A DNA stretch of 64,000 nucleotides, taken from Balanoglossus misakiensis (taxonomy: Eukaryota > Animalia > Hemichordata). The position numbers and the translations under genes are program-made. Below are positions 26,373-41,100 of this stretch, in pieces. Every line of letters starts with the position of its first letter. Position 1 is the first letter of the stretch. The DNA is taken from the NCBI GenBank assembly GCA_040954595.2, contig CM082579.2, positions 10,033,625 through 10,097,624 of the forward strand, read 5' to 3'. The notes beneath the pieces are model-generated. The model was not told where the DNA came from, ran no database searches, and saw only the letters and a program-made list of their open reading frames with translations.

Positions 26373-27009
26373 ATACCGTCAGATAATTTGTACAGTATAT
26401 ACTGATTACATAGATTTTTGTCATTTTTCGGCCACCAAAGGATGTTGAAGAGATGACTTCACGTTTAAATTTATAATGCAATTTCTATCTAGTATACCTG
26501 ACACTCTGTGTTTCTTTTCTCCCGAATATATATTCTTCAAGAGGTCTGAAATGACATTATTAGATCGTTAAATTGCTTTTATCAATAAATAACTAAATTA
26601 AAATGCCTGTATCAATTGTTCAATTCCTATCTCTGTCATGAACGTTTTTGCTCCTTTTGTGTCAGAGTCATTTCGGGCATTGTTATTGTTTGGCAAGTAA
26701 ATTGATAGGGCCGTAGCTTTTGTCTGAGTACTGTAGGCTGTTCAGATAATCGGGCAACTACGACTTCTGTGCCTCTAAGCATACATTTTGTAGCGACTCA
26801 ACATTTTTCTCGGGTAGACAGGCGTATGCTCTTAAATGGCTGGTCAATACATGGATATTGTAACCCATCTATCTAATCTGTTTCCTACGTACTATTAATG
26901 TCAAATAATTGCCATGCGGTATGCATCATTTATAAATATTAAAATGTATCGAATAAAGGTCAAAGGTTAGGAAAAAATAGTCCAAAAAATTTGCAATTTA
27001 TTTTAAGCA

Positions 27010-27069
27010 ATTCACGTCCAATATTCAACACAGATCAGTATTCACGTCCAATATTCAACACAGATCAGT
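27010..27069. repeat. 30-bp perfect tandem duplication
   Basis: attcacgtccaatattcaacacagatcagt x2. Confidence 0.9.
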
Positions 27070-27676
27070 GGCCTGCAGTAAACACCCCCCCCCCCCCAAA
27101 AAAAAAGTAGTTGTATGCATATCCGTGTAGTAGTCATTGAACAGAATCAAAGCATTTCTCAACTGTCTGGAATGACCACAAACTTATACACGTCATCCAT
27201 ATGATACAGTACGGAAAGTTTTAACCGCAACTGCCATCGGCTACTATATGAATTTTACTACTTGCGAATGGCGGCGCGGCGTGTGATACATGTACGGTGT
27301 CTAAATTAATAAATTGCAATTTGCGGTATAACGACAGATTGCAAGAGGCATAGTGTATGACTGTCTAAATTTATAATGCAATTTAACAGATAGCTGATAC
27401 TCGCTCCATTTCCGGACTTATTTGCCTTGCGGCCACGTTCCACTTTTCTCGTGGATTCGAGTAGAAGTTTTCTTGTAACCAGGAAGGTGTAACTTCGTGC
27501 GCCATGAGCGGCGCTCCTTTAGAGACAGGTTTCAAGCTAGAAACTGAAAATCTGGCAATAGCCGAAATGTACTACTAGGACTGAAGAGATGCGCTGAGCT
27601 GCGGCGACTGCTATACGGGGCTAACTCAGCCTAGTGGTCAATGAGCATGCTCTGTCCCCTCTCCGTAAGTACCCCC

Positions 27677-29623
27677 GGTCTTAGTACAGGATATTTTCTT
27701 CTCTCTCGGGGAGTAAGACAAGGTGACCCAATATCTCCTTTGTTATTTATTCTTGCTTTAGAGATCTTTCTTATCTCTCTGCGGGTTGAAGGAGATATAA
27801 AAGGCATTAAGGTTGGAGATTATGAGATAAAAAATGCTTCCTACGCTGATGATCTGACATGTTTTTTAAGTGATGTTACTTCAGCCAATACTCTTTTCGA
27901 TCTTTTAAAGGATTTTAAGTGTATTTCTGGTTTAACAGTTAACAGTGGTAAATGTGAGGCTCTGTGGTTAGGAAAAAAACGTAAGTGCACTTCAAAACCA
28001 CTAGGTGTGAAGTGGCCTGATGGCAAAATTAAAATAGTGGGTATCTATATCTCCTATGATAAAAGTAATGCAGCCCGTCTTAACATGGCAAAACCCACAG
28101 AAAATTTGAATAATTGTCTTAAATTTTGGAAGATGAGGGATTTAACTCTGTTAGGGAGGGTGCAAATTATTAAGAGTTTGGGTATCTCTAGGTTTTTATA
28201 TATTCTTAATTTGACGGAGCCTCATGTTGACCATCTGAAATATATAAATAAACTTCTTTTTAAATTTTTATGGAAAGGGCCAGACAAGATTGCCAGAAAA
28301 ACTGTATTTGGTAGTCTAAAGGATGGTGGCCTAGGTATGCCTGACATTTATACAATTTATAAAGCGCAGAGAATTAATTGGCTCCGTAGATATTTGGATG
28401 TTGAAATATCTCACCCATGGAAATTATTTTTGACAAAGAAACTCAAGTCAGTAGGTGGTATTAAGGTACTTTTAAAATGTAATTATGATTTGAAATATTT
28501 AAATGTCACTTTGTCAGACTTTGAATTGAGTATGTTAAAGACATGGAGGGAGTTAAATACAATGTTTTTTTCAAATAAGCATTTTTTGAACCAGAGTATT
28601 TGGAACAATAGTCACATTTTAATAGGGGGAAAGAGTGTTTTCTATAAGGATCTTTATGATGCTGGTTTTTTCTATGTTGGGAGTGTATTTGATAGAAATG
28701 GGAAAGTTCTCAACTGGGATAATGTGTCAACTAGAATTCCCCATTCTGCTTTCATTAGATGGTGCAGTATTATTTATGCTCTCCCAAGAGAGTTTACAGG
28801 AAGTGTTGATATGTCAAACTTTAATTTAGTAAATCAAGAAGAGGAAATCAGTGTTGGTATAGAGGATACTACTTATAGTTTGAAAGATTGTAAAACTAAA
28901 ATCATCACACCTCTGATTATTTCAAAATCCTTTATTCCCCCTAAAGCACAAATTTATTTTGACCATGTATTGAATACAAATATTCTGACATGGGAAAATA
29001 TTTACAAACTCCCGTTTAAACTTACCTTGGATGTCAAAATTAGAGAATTCCAGTGGAAGTTGACTCATAACATCCTCATGACTAATTACTATTTAAACAA
29101 GATGAAGCCTGAGGTTGCTCCTTCCTCTGTATGTACATTTTGCAAAAAGGATAACGAGACTATCTTACATCTGTTTTATAACTGTGAGTTTGTTATTGGA
29201 TTTTGGCATAGAATTTTTAATTCCTGTGGAAGATATTTTGGTAACCTTTCCTTCCATTCCATGACTGCTGAACAAATTCTCTTTGGAGATAGTACTCTAT
29301 CTTTGTTATGTAACTTTCTCATTTTGACTGCTAAGAGATTTATTTACATTTGTAAATGTGATAAAAAACTACCATACTTCTTTCATTATAAATCTTTCCT
29401 TCATGGCATTTATAAGGTAGAGTTATTTATAGCCAAACGTACTGGAAAACTAGATAAACATGTAAAGAAGTGGGAAGACTTTAGACATATTTTTGACTGA
29501 TCGGTATTGTAAAGGAATACAAACATATCACATTTTTTCCAGCGTTTTTTGTTTTTGTATCTGTACTTGTCTTTGTTTTTTTGACTGCAATAAAAAAAAG
29601 CTATAAAAAAAAAAAAAAAAAAA
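27677..29623 (+). mobile_element. 5'-truncated L1/Tx1-clade LINE (C-terminal half of RT plus zf-RVT)
   Basis: RGVRQGDPISPLLF, YADD, KDGGLG and CTFCKKDNETILHLFYNC, with an open frame to 29500, AATAAA and poly(A). TSD aagtaccccc at 27667-27676 and 29624-29633. Confidence 0.95.
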
Positions 29624-30149
29624 AAGTACCCCCTTTGAGGGCGCCGCGGCTCTCCTCAAAGCGACACATTTATTCATTTAAATTTATTTAAATGCTGTAT
29701 AAGCAGCTCATAGTCGGTCCCACATAAGCTTTTATCGTGAACATATTTAGAACAAATTTCCGTTGAGTGAGGCTTTGAAAGACATTAAAGACAGGAATAC
29801 ATCTGGCTTCACCAGGATTGACAACAAATATGGCCGGTGTTTGAACGAGCATAAAGACCGATTTCTAAACGACCAGCGCTTACTTGTTGAATCCTTTTGC
29901 TGCAATATTTTCAAGCTTCAACTCTTCTACTAAAACCGGATATATGTACGTGTGGGTCCGGGTCACAAAGGTTGAAGTTCAACACAACAATGGCTGACCA
30001 AACTAATTGACGTCGGCTGAAGGAATAACCTTGAGAGAGGCCAACAGGAAAACAATGAGCGACAAATTCACCCCGTGTTAAACATAACATGAAATCTGTT
30101 ATGATCTGTCTAATCATTAACCAGCCGACCAAACTTTCAACACACCATA

Positions 30150-30375
30150 ATGTCACTACGGTTTCAACTGCTCGCAATATTGGCATGATCTTTGACAGTA
30201 ATGACATGTTCATAAAGTACACCTGCAAATCGATCAACAGTCACCACCGCCGAATTGGATCTATACGACGTTACATCACCAACGAGACTGGCCAAATCTT
30301 AGTACATGCAACTCTATCTGCCAAATTTGACTACTGTAACTCACTCCTGTATGGTGTCCCGGAAAACACAATGTC
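30150..30375 (+). mobile_element. Degenerate L2/CR1-type LINE RT C-terminal fragment
   Basis: ARNIGMIFDS...IRRYIT....ILVHA.LSAKFDYCNSLLYGVP. Confidence 0.75.
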
Positions 30376-30646
30376 ACGTAAATATAAACAACATTCATCT
30401 ACTGAATCTTAGCATTTTGGTAATAAATTCGTTCCACTTAGAATCACAAGAAAAGTGTCATTTTATATACATTTTGACTGAAACTGTGTGGGAAGGTACG
30501 TAATAGATATATGCAGAATATTTATTTGTCAAACAAGTTACAGTATTATGAAAGAAAATATAACAAAATTAAAAGACAATACACATGTGTTTATATATAT
30601 ATGTAAATCACACCCCCATACAATTATAAGGTGATATAGTTGGAGT

Positions 30647-31042
30647 TATCCGTTTTGATAAAAAGACGACATAACAAAATATGGACGGTTTAAAATAAGA
30701 CGACACTATTGATTGGCGATCGTCTTAAAACTTGTATGTGATGACGTTTTCTTGACGAATACACGTCTACTGAATCGTTGATAACAGGATGCAAGATTTT
30801 AGCGAGGGCAATATCATGATTTGTAGCCTACACGACACATGGTGATCTCTTACCAAAATATTGATGATACAATGAAATATGGCAGAGTTAAAATATCCGT
30901 TTTGATAAGAAGATAAAGTAAAAAAGTATGGACGGTTTAAAATGAGTCGACAATATTGATTAGCGATTGTCTTAACACTCTGCTATGTGGTGACGTTTTC
31001 TTGACGAGAACACGTCCACTGAATCCTCGATAACAGGATGCA
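30647..31042. repeat. Diverged direct duplication, ~145 bp, copies ~247 bp apart
   Basis: tatccgttttgata...gataacaggatgca at ~30647-30793 and ~30894-31042. Confidence 0.85.
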
Positions 31043-32171
31043 CTCTTTGTGTAAATAAAAATAAAAATAACAATTTACTAAAAAGGGACCTGTTGGGTGC
31101 AAATGTTGGGCGAGTCTTACGTCTTTCACGTAAAAAAATCAACAAGGCGAAAGGCTCATCAACTTCAGACCGCATATACTTAAATACACGAATGCAGAGA
31201 GCATTTGATGAGACGAAAATGGATAAAAAAAATTACATACAGATGCAATCAAATGACAACGAACGTCTCTGTGTAGTAACTATAATTATACCTGAAATAT
31301 CCGACATACATATAATGAATATATTTCAAATAATTCAAATTGAAAAGCATTGTTGGTGTTTACTTGCATGTTTTTGTCATGAATGTTCGAATGCTTGCCG
31401 ATTCTTTGACTCAATGTACCACAACGTCTAACAATAAGCATAATAAATGTTGTAAAGAATATCAACACTTGTAGACAAGAACACACACAGGTATATATAC
31501 AGAAAACACACCCATGTGCTGCGCTACGACGGCCCGATTATATGCTGTCATGGTTACATCAAATTGAATGTGCAAGTCCTGTAAACATATGTCTGGTCAT
31601 AGGACAATTGTCCATTTTACCTGGTTATGACTGGGCAATCATCACAAAAGAACACGGACCAATCGTAATACATGTACTAACACGATGAATTCACATAAAT
31701 AGCAGTCCTCAGTCCCCCGGCAATAAACATTTGTGCCGCTGTCCTGTAATTTGCATGACGTTTAGCCGAAAGAGCATGGGGTGTCACAAAACATATATAA
31801 CCTGCCCATTACCTGGATTGCAACTCCAGTTTGTTACCACTTGTAACTTTGACACACAAAATTAAAGTGCCTCGCGAGGCTCTCGTGATGAAATCTCAAG
31901 CATCTGAGCTGAATTAACTGTGTGATGTTTAGCAAGATCTTTTCTGAAATCAATCAACGGGTTTTTAATTCGGCTTTACCAACTTTGTATCTCACTGCTT
32001 TCAAATTTAGCAATTAAGTTAGATGAGCTTAATTCAAGCTGGTTAACTAATGTGTTTAAATGGCATTGCTCAAAACCATCTCTTTTTATATAAGTCTGTT
32101 TAAAAAATACAGCAACTCAAACGGTGGTATGTTGTAAATTGTATTATTTGTAGTCGTTACAGGGCGTTTTT

Positions 32172-35100
32172 CTAGTTGTCTTCTGCTCTCTTTGAAACAT
32201 CTACTACTTCATCCAGTTCCATCTCCACACCGAAAGCAGAGATGACACCAGGGGACACGGCGCGACTAGATGGCATTTCCTCTTCTGGTGGAGGGCTGTG
32301 TAATGGCTTCTCATCAGATAAGGATTTCACGGTCTTCTTTGGACAAATCCTAGACCTGTAATGTAGTGGGATAGACTTGCTCAATATATTATAGATATCG
32401 ATGCAATGTACCCAAGAGGTAAAGATCCACTGTCCAGACGCTATCATAATAAATGAAAGCCTTTCAAAGAAAGGAATTTCATTCATCTATCAAACGGTGA
32501 ACGTCTACCACATATCCAGTGTAGGTAATTTTCAGCAGAACGGATGTGAACATTTCAATGTCATTGTTTCAATAACTGTCATATGATCCGATGTGATTGG
32601 GGTGCCAGTCTTACCTGAATACATACAGCAATATGATCGTAATTATTGCCAAAACAGATACCGCTACAACAACGCCGACAACGATGTATCGCGTATCCTT
32701 TTTCTCAGGAATATCATCAATTTCAATGGTTGGTGATTCTGTCGATGTATAAACTTCAGTCGGTGGAACTGTAACAAATTTTACAAGAGGATATCATCAG
32801 AAGATAATTAAAATGTAACAGGGTTGGTTTTCGCAGTTAATTCAATTATTTAACTTTCAATCGTCTTTCTGACTCTTTCATTGTTCGCATGTTGCCACCT
32901 CGAAAGACAAAGAAAAAGAATCATTTTTACGAACATATAAATTTTCAGAATTTTCAAATGAAATACCCGCGCGTACTTTCCAGGTTACCTCTTGTGTAAG
33001 CCACTTCTGTAGGTCACCCTTGTAACTTAAATGCAAAAATACATATTTTTGATTAATAACTATTACCGTAACAGTCTGTAATGTTGCTATTGCCAAAGCC
33101 ATCGGTGAGAGTACCATCAGGACATGGTTTACATTCGTATTGACTCTCCTCGTCTTGGTACTGGTTTTCTGGGCACGGCAGACATGCAGCGTCCGGCAAA
33201 TCGCTCGGCCAACCTCTGAATGTACCAACACCGCATGCAACTAGGGTGATGAACACAAGAGAAAAGATGAGTGACAAACTTCTAGACCAGCGATTCATTA
33301 AAGAGGATGTCACATTTTCTGCCAATGATACATTGTATCTAGTTTACTTCGCATACTGTTGAATTGTCACGTTGCTTCCGTTTTCGGGTCAATAAGTCAA
33401 AAAGGTTAACCAGATGAAATATCTGCCGAAGTATATGACTAAGGAACTTGCATCTTTGGTTGTTTTTTATCTCGCAACAGGCCGGATGTCCAGAATTACG
33501 CCGAAGCTTGATGTCTGACTAAATACCGAGTACAAAAGCAGTATTCCTACACTCACCACAGAAGCCGTCGCCTAATTCAATAGCACCATCCGGGCATTCA
33601 TCCCACCCATCAGCGGAAGTCTGGTCCACATCCGGTCCAATTTCCACACCCCTGACAGTGATGGCAAGATCCCCGTCATTGGACATCTCCTTCAAAACTT
33701 TCAAAAACTCGTCAGCAGATTCCATCATTGACGCCACAGCCGCGTCGTAGGAGACGTCGGGTTTGCTTCTTGTCCGCACTACTGTGTCATTAGCATCATC
33801 TGTGAAAAACAACAAAACATCAAGAACTATCTGGCTTAAACCCCGGTGCGGGGTATAACAGACCCCCCAAATCAGTGGCGAATCTTAATGCCGTTTGACT
33901 GACAACAGACAACACCAACGATCTTGGCTCTATGAAAATCGGCCCAAACAGGTCCAAGCATAAAGAATTACATCACACAACGACAATAGTTGGCTTTATA
34001 AACACACACAACATAAAGTTATCGATGAAAAAGTACACGAGCTTTTGAAACAACGATGATTTTGGGAAAAATCTGGTTTCAGTGCTTTGCAGAAGCGTCC
34101 CTGTGAAACAATAACCACGCCATTCAAACAGCTGTCAATCGCGTAGAGGTGTAAAGTGTTCAATTATTTTCTGTGTACATAGGAAGCAATTACACAGTCA
34201 TTATGCACGACGACCACTCCCAAATAAACAACTATACAAACACACGTTAATCCGAACCCCAGGACTTTCCGCACCGGGGTTTAACACAAACGACCAAATG
34301 CATCATTATCGTTACGTGGTATGCATGTAATCCGTATTTGCTGGTTTTTGAATATCCTTCGATAACCAGAAATATGAATTGATTAAAATTCCCCGGCACC
34401 TATATCGAGGAACGGGTGAAAGCCTACAGTAAAGCCTGCTTTTACACGAAGATTGGTTAACCAGGTGATCACAGTCCAACGTTCAAGGTGTATCTTACCT
34501 TCACTGTCATCAAGTATTGATTCAAGTTCAACAGAAATGTACGCTTCGCTGTCCGACTGCCTACGTCTTCGGCCAATCAAACCACGTGACTGGTCATTTG
34601 CTTCACACGAATGAACCTTAAAATAAAATTGAGGTCTGTAAATTCTGGCATGTCTTATGGGTAAGAACATTTTGAAAATTACTGCAAAGTTTTTTTACGA
34701 TAACCTCGCATTTGAAATAGTAGAAAATTCAGAAAAAGTTGTGAATCCTTTTTTGCAAATTAACTGTTATAGGTGATAATGGGCGTATCTAAATATCTTG
34801 CAAAGTCCATGAAAACATCTATTTTGTATCATTTTCCCATTTCTAGTGTTTTCCTCTTTGGACTTAATTTCTTTATTACTGTATAACTTCTGTCCCTGAT
34901 CAGAATAAAAGTGAAAACCTATTTAAGGCAGCCAGAATTGTTAGACCCTGATTGTTAGATACAGGAATGTCACGTGCCAAGAACAGCTATATGATATGAA
35001 GAATTACAGACATACCCGTACGCTTGTGATGTTGCATAAACCTTTTCCGATGCAGGTGATATTTCCGCGAAGACCATCCACAACTTTCTTGGCACTGTCC

Positions 35101-38100
35101 TCAACACCCTTAGCTTCGCCTTTGCTCATGCACGGTAAGTTTCGATATGGTAATTTCATACCAAGTTTGTACCCATTTGGTTCCTTTTGCCCTGAGAAAT
35201 GAAATTGAGTAGAAACAATCGACCAGCTGTCACCATGGCGACTTCAATAATTCACAGTACATAAGGAATATGAAAACCATACGATTTTACGTAATCACAT
35301 GATAATAATGAGCACTAGTCTTCTGATACCTCTAAGTTTTACTCAAAACATAAACACTTGCATCGTCCGATCTGCAATGCACGGCAATGTAGCTCGGGTA
35401 CAGTCTCCCCTACGTTTTAGTTTTGGCTGCGCGATCACAATGGCTACCGCAAGTCCAACATAATATTATTGTTTACTGGTTAGTCACACACTCTCACGTA
35501 CTGTCTAATGGACTTCGAAAAACAGCCTTATTTGAAACAAAAAAACATAGTTTAGAGGGGTAAGTACTTACGACTACAAGACGGAAAAAGCGCCTTGGAA
35601 TTTTCTTCAGTTTGATGGTTCCAAACCCAGTTAGAACTCGGGCTGCAGTTATACATCTCAAGTGGAGGATCAACAAATGCATAACCATCTTTACAAGCGA
35701 TCCTACATTCGAATGACTCCTCCTCGGTTTCATTGCATTCCAAGTAACCTTTGTGTGGAGCTTTGACCTTGATACAACCTTTGGTTAAACAAGAGCGACG
35801 ATGTAAAAAAACCGACAATGACCCTGAAGCACGTGCAACAGTGTTGCAAGACAATAGACGTTTACCTGCATACAGACATTTATGACACAGTTCGATCTTT
35901 TCTGGACAATTGCGTGTGGACAAACTGAACTTGGAACAGACTCAAGTAAAGTAAATGGAACAGTCCATCATTCTATACAAAATACGCTTAACCATAACTG
36001 GGTTTTGGATAAAGAAATATTCCCATGTGGAGAAAAGTTACACAAGCAGAGTTAACAAAAGACAACACAAGACCATAATTTGTGAAGACCAATGTAAAGT
36101 AAAATAAATGCAAGTAAACCCAACGACTAACCAGGACATTCTTCTGTGTTACAGGCCTCTGTGACGTTGCTATATCCAACACAATCTAAGCCACCATTGA
36201 GTGGAGGGGGGTCATCACATGATCTAGTTCTGAAGTAGGTCCCACCATCACATGTAGCAGAACATTCTGACCATTCACTCCAAACCGACCATCCTCCATT
36301 AACTGGAAACATAAAAGATAAGACTTATTTTGAGACTTGAGACAAATATGTGAAGTACTAACAGCAAAAGTAAAGACTCAAATGGATTTCGAGTGTCGAT
36401 CTTTGGAGAACAGTCAACGATGCAAGTGAGGTAATACAAAACAAAACAGCCAAGCAGGAAGTGTTTTGATGGTTTTGAGTAAATCTACCGACGAATAAGT
36501 TCAGATTATCAGCGGTCTGGAAAGTATATATTAAATCATCCATTTAAATGTTCATATGTGTTTTGCCGGGCAACACTTTTCCACACTGGAGGAACCCACA
36601 CTTGAGAAGGTCTGTCTAACAAGGACAGACAGTGCCAACATATCAATTTTTATCAGCATAATAAATTGTTGTCAGATATCTCATCGAATATATTTACTTA
36701 TTATGTTTAAATATCTTATGAATGTTCAAAAGCTCGAATGAGCTATCGTAGTTTTTTTTTCGCCCACAAAGGAAAATGATGTATTAAAATTTACAATATT
36801 ACAAAATTAACCTTAGTTAAGAGCATTCCTTTGATGTTATTGCAACACTTACCTATCTTGATGTCACAAAGCTCCCCTTTGAAGCCACTGTCACAGATAC
36901 AAATATAGGTTGTATTTACCACCTCACACGAAGCACCATTCTGGCAAAGATTATCGTCACAGAAGTCAATCAATTCATTGCATGTTAAACCCGTGTATTC
37001 CTCTGGACACTCACACTGGAAGCTGTTCAATGTATCAATGCAGGAGCCACCATTTTGACATGGATTACTTGCACATTCGTCAGTATCTTAAATAGGGAAT
37101 TAAAAAAAATATATATTAATAAATAAATGACCGACATAAGTGTCGGATAGTGGGACAGCCAGGAGAATAATGTCACACTTCCACAACACGGAGAAACTTA
37201 AGGCAAATTTATTCAAGGATTTGAACCAAATTCTTGAATAAAAAGCTCTGAGATACCACAGACGAACACCCTTTTCAGTCTCCGTCAACATGAAAACACG
37301 TACATGTCATGACCTGAAAGTGTCAATAAACCAGGCCTTTGAAAATGACACAGCTCCTCTTATATACAAAAGTACACTATAGTTGTTGCACTTTGGAATA
37401 AAGTGCCCCAGGCACATGCGTGTTGTTCACACAATCCAATGTTATTAATTGTTTGTCGTATTCCCATTTTAAAGTGTCGTTTTCCTACCCCATACATTAC
37501 TCTCATCTACTATAATAATAGTCTGACATTATTCCACGTGAAAAAGAAAACTGCTGTAATGGAAACTGAAACAAAGGCGACTGAGACCATACACCTCTTG
37601 AATATGCTTCAAAAATACATTTAATAACTTACCATCACACACTGACGGCGACTCGAGAATGATACCCGATCTAAAGGTGTTACCAGTGAAGCTTGACCAC
37701 GTGAAGACGTTGCCCAAAGATGATTGAGTACAACTAGATGTTACAGTGGTCATTGCAGGGTCGCCGATGACGTTGTTCCACAAATTCACAGAGCTCACCT
37801 CAACAATGACGTCTCCTGATAAGCAGTCGTGGAAATCAGAAAAATAAATTATGTGGCCTAAATAAACATAATATGTTTGGCACGTCAAATGTTTGAAAGC
37901 AGTGGTTTGAATCTCTTGCTTCACAGACAAGGCAACCTATTAAATAATTCCATAAGAAATTGACAGTTATTGGGGCTTTATTGTTGACCCTATTTTAACT
38001 TCATTGTGCGATTTATGTCCAACTATATAACTAAGGAGTTTATGATGCAACATTTACCATTGTTTTCTGACTTAATACTGAACGTTCCAATGTTCGGTAG

Positions 38101-41100
38101 GCTGGTTCCCGTCTGGAAATTTACCACAGAGTCGTGAACTTGACCATCTTTGATGATTTTCAGATCGCCATTGGATCCAAGCCAAGTGAGTGCAATGCTG
38201 TGCCATCTACTATAATCCAACAGGATCGAGGATGATACGTGTCCACCACTGCGTAACAATGTGACATTTGTATTAATTGCAAAATTTGGCATACATGTAA
38301 TCATGTACAGTCTAGATTACAAAAGACATTTTATTTGAAAGGATATTTCGGGTATATCCGTATTGTCGTTTTCCTGGAAGTATTTTCTATTAATTGAATA
38401 ATTCTAGACAGTTAGATTGGCGACTTTTCAAATCAGTCTCCTGAGATTTCTACTTGATTTGCTTAAAGTACAGTCTCTGTGTGGAGGACTGTGCTTAAAG
38501 ATTGATGGATGTATGGACAGATCCTTACCCATTTATGGCAACGATGACGCCACTCTCGGTGATGCCGAGAAGAAACGATGATGTTCCATTACTGTGATAT
38601 TCCAGTTGTAAATTGAATGGTTCGCCTGTGACGCGCGCCCAAAACGCTAGAGTAAATGACTCTATCGGGGCTGAACTTTTAACGTCCACATTGACGTTAT
38701 CATTGAGCGTAGAATTTACAAACTTGAAGTCATAGTCTGCTGGTATTACTGAAAAAGGTTGATAGAAATATACGTTTACTAAATGTGTGAAGCCTTCTCT
38801 AAAAATTACAAGCAGTGAAACTAACAAATGTGGTTAACACGTCAACTTTACGATCACCTCAGCTTTGTTTGCTTATATGGTGCAAGTAAATTGCATATGA
38901 TTAGTCAACAATTAACACTTCGCCAATAAATGCAAATTATAAGATTTCTGGCTGTGTTCAGACCGCTGATCGTATGGACCAAACTCTAAGAATACCAGTA
39001 CCAAAACAATTAATTGATCGATGTACCAGATGTAAAGGCATATATTTATATACATTCAAGTTGTAAAACCAACATTTCAGGGGCTATTTTGACAATGATC
39101 ATAAAAGTAATATCACCCTTATGTTTTAACTATACCAATAATAATAACAACATTTATAACACTATTATTAATATCATAGAAACAATCAAATATTGAACCC
39201 ACTCACCTTCCTCACAGTGTGTTCCAGAATATCCAGGAGAGCATTTGCAGGAATATTCATCAACACCATCTAAGCATGTAGCACCATTGACACAAGGTGT
39301 ACTCACACATTCGTCAATGTTTACATCACACGTCTTGCCACTATAACAATGAAGAGAGGAAAAGATAAATAACAATTTCGCCATCACCCAGTAGCTGATT
39401 ATTTCTTTTTGGGGGAGTACCACAGAGTTGAACATGTATATAACGTATGTTACGGAGACTAGTAGAAACATTTTTGTAGCAAAATTAAAAATAAGACAAT
39501 GACGCTGTTTTTGGTGCAGAGATAGAGGTAATTGTATATGTCGTGCGTCTGTTTTAATTATCCGTGACCCTACATACCTGTAGCCAGCTTTACAGAGGCA
39601 ATTGAAATCGTTGATTCTGTCAACACATTCTGCCATGTTTTGACATGGATTAGGTATGCATTCGTCAATGTTGATTTCACAATGTACACCACGGAAACCT
39701 GTTGAACAAATCAGTGGTATGGTTTATATGAAACGAGAATGTAAATCAATCAAAGTTAAATTCGGACAATGTGTCACAATCGGATGCCAATGCATATACA
39801 TAACCCATAACACTCTATAGATTTAAATAACGGGCAGACGTGTAAAGGGACAATGTTGATTAGATAGGTAAGACGGCCATGCAGTATTTGTTTGTTGTCT
39901 GCTTTGGAGAAGCTTTGTTATGAAAATGTTTAATACAATGTAACAATCTTATCACATATACTTATTTGTAACATTACATTATAACATTGTAACCTAAAAC
40001 AGACCAACCACGTCAAGTTGTACACTGGCCGAAAACATGAAGACACTTCATTCTGTCTATTCAAAACTTATTAAATGCCAACAAATGGCATTGTATTCTA
40101 TTCTACGCAGTCTGTAACTAAATAAGCACAAGAAACTCCTGAAATAGATGGCAACTCATTTTTTAAAAAAATTCCAATAAAGTTGCTCCTCGAAATGAAC
40201 ATTATGGAATTTAGAGTAAATTTACCAGGTGAGCATGAACATGAATATCCATTGACCAGATCGATACAGCTGCCTCCATTTTGACATGGTAACGACTGAC
40301 ACTCGTTTATGTTGATATCACAATACTGTCCACTAAATCCGGAACTACAACGGCAGTTGTAGCTGTTAATCTATAAAGAAACATAGCTATTAAACTATGT
40401 GTAAATTGGTAAATAGTCGTTGACATCGTAAACTAAAAACGCAAAAATAAAAAACACTTATAAGGTACTTATAAATTAATATTCGTTAGCATTTGTTGAA
40501 GTGCACCATGTCATTCTTAAGTGTATGATGCAAAGTATGACAGCTGAGCAGTATCGGCCACTAGATCACTTACTTTGCATTAAACTGAATGATAGCATTG
40601 TTCATTGATCTGTATAGGTCTATTCCGGTTTATACATATTTTACATTATATGACATAGTGACATAGATGCCCGTCTGAGAAAAAAAAAACTATTTTATGT
40701 AAAAACGACATTGCGGGGTTAGCCAATCTACCTTATCCAGACACGTGGCTCCATTTTGACAATTGTGGCCGATGCAGTCATCAACATCAATTTCACAGTG
40801 GTCACCTTGGAAACCAGGTAAACAGGTACATTCGTAGTCGGTCAGAAAATTGGTACATTGTCCACTATTGTGACATGGGTTTGGTGAACAGTGGTCAATG
40901 GCCTTCAGTTGACAAAGTCTGCCAAAATATAGCGGTGGGCACGTGCAGGTATATTTGTTGACTCCATCAATACAAGTTGCGCCGTTCTGACAAACATGTC
41001 CAACGCAGTCATCTATGTTGATTTCGCAATTCGTACCTGTGAATCCTGTTTTACATAAACACATGTAAGAAGACCACAGACTGAAACAATATCCGTCATT

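Noticed and set aside
27560-27600. Hammerhead ribozyme (gaaa ... ctgaaga)
   Set aside because: There is not enough complementary sequence to form stems I-III around the core.
27636-27673. U1 snRNA-like 5' end on the minus strand (tacttac...agggga...catg)
   Set aside because: The similarity is short and explained by complementarity to a GTAAGT donor motif. No U1 stem-loops or Sm site follow.
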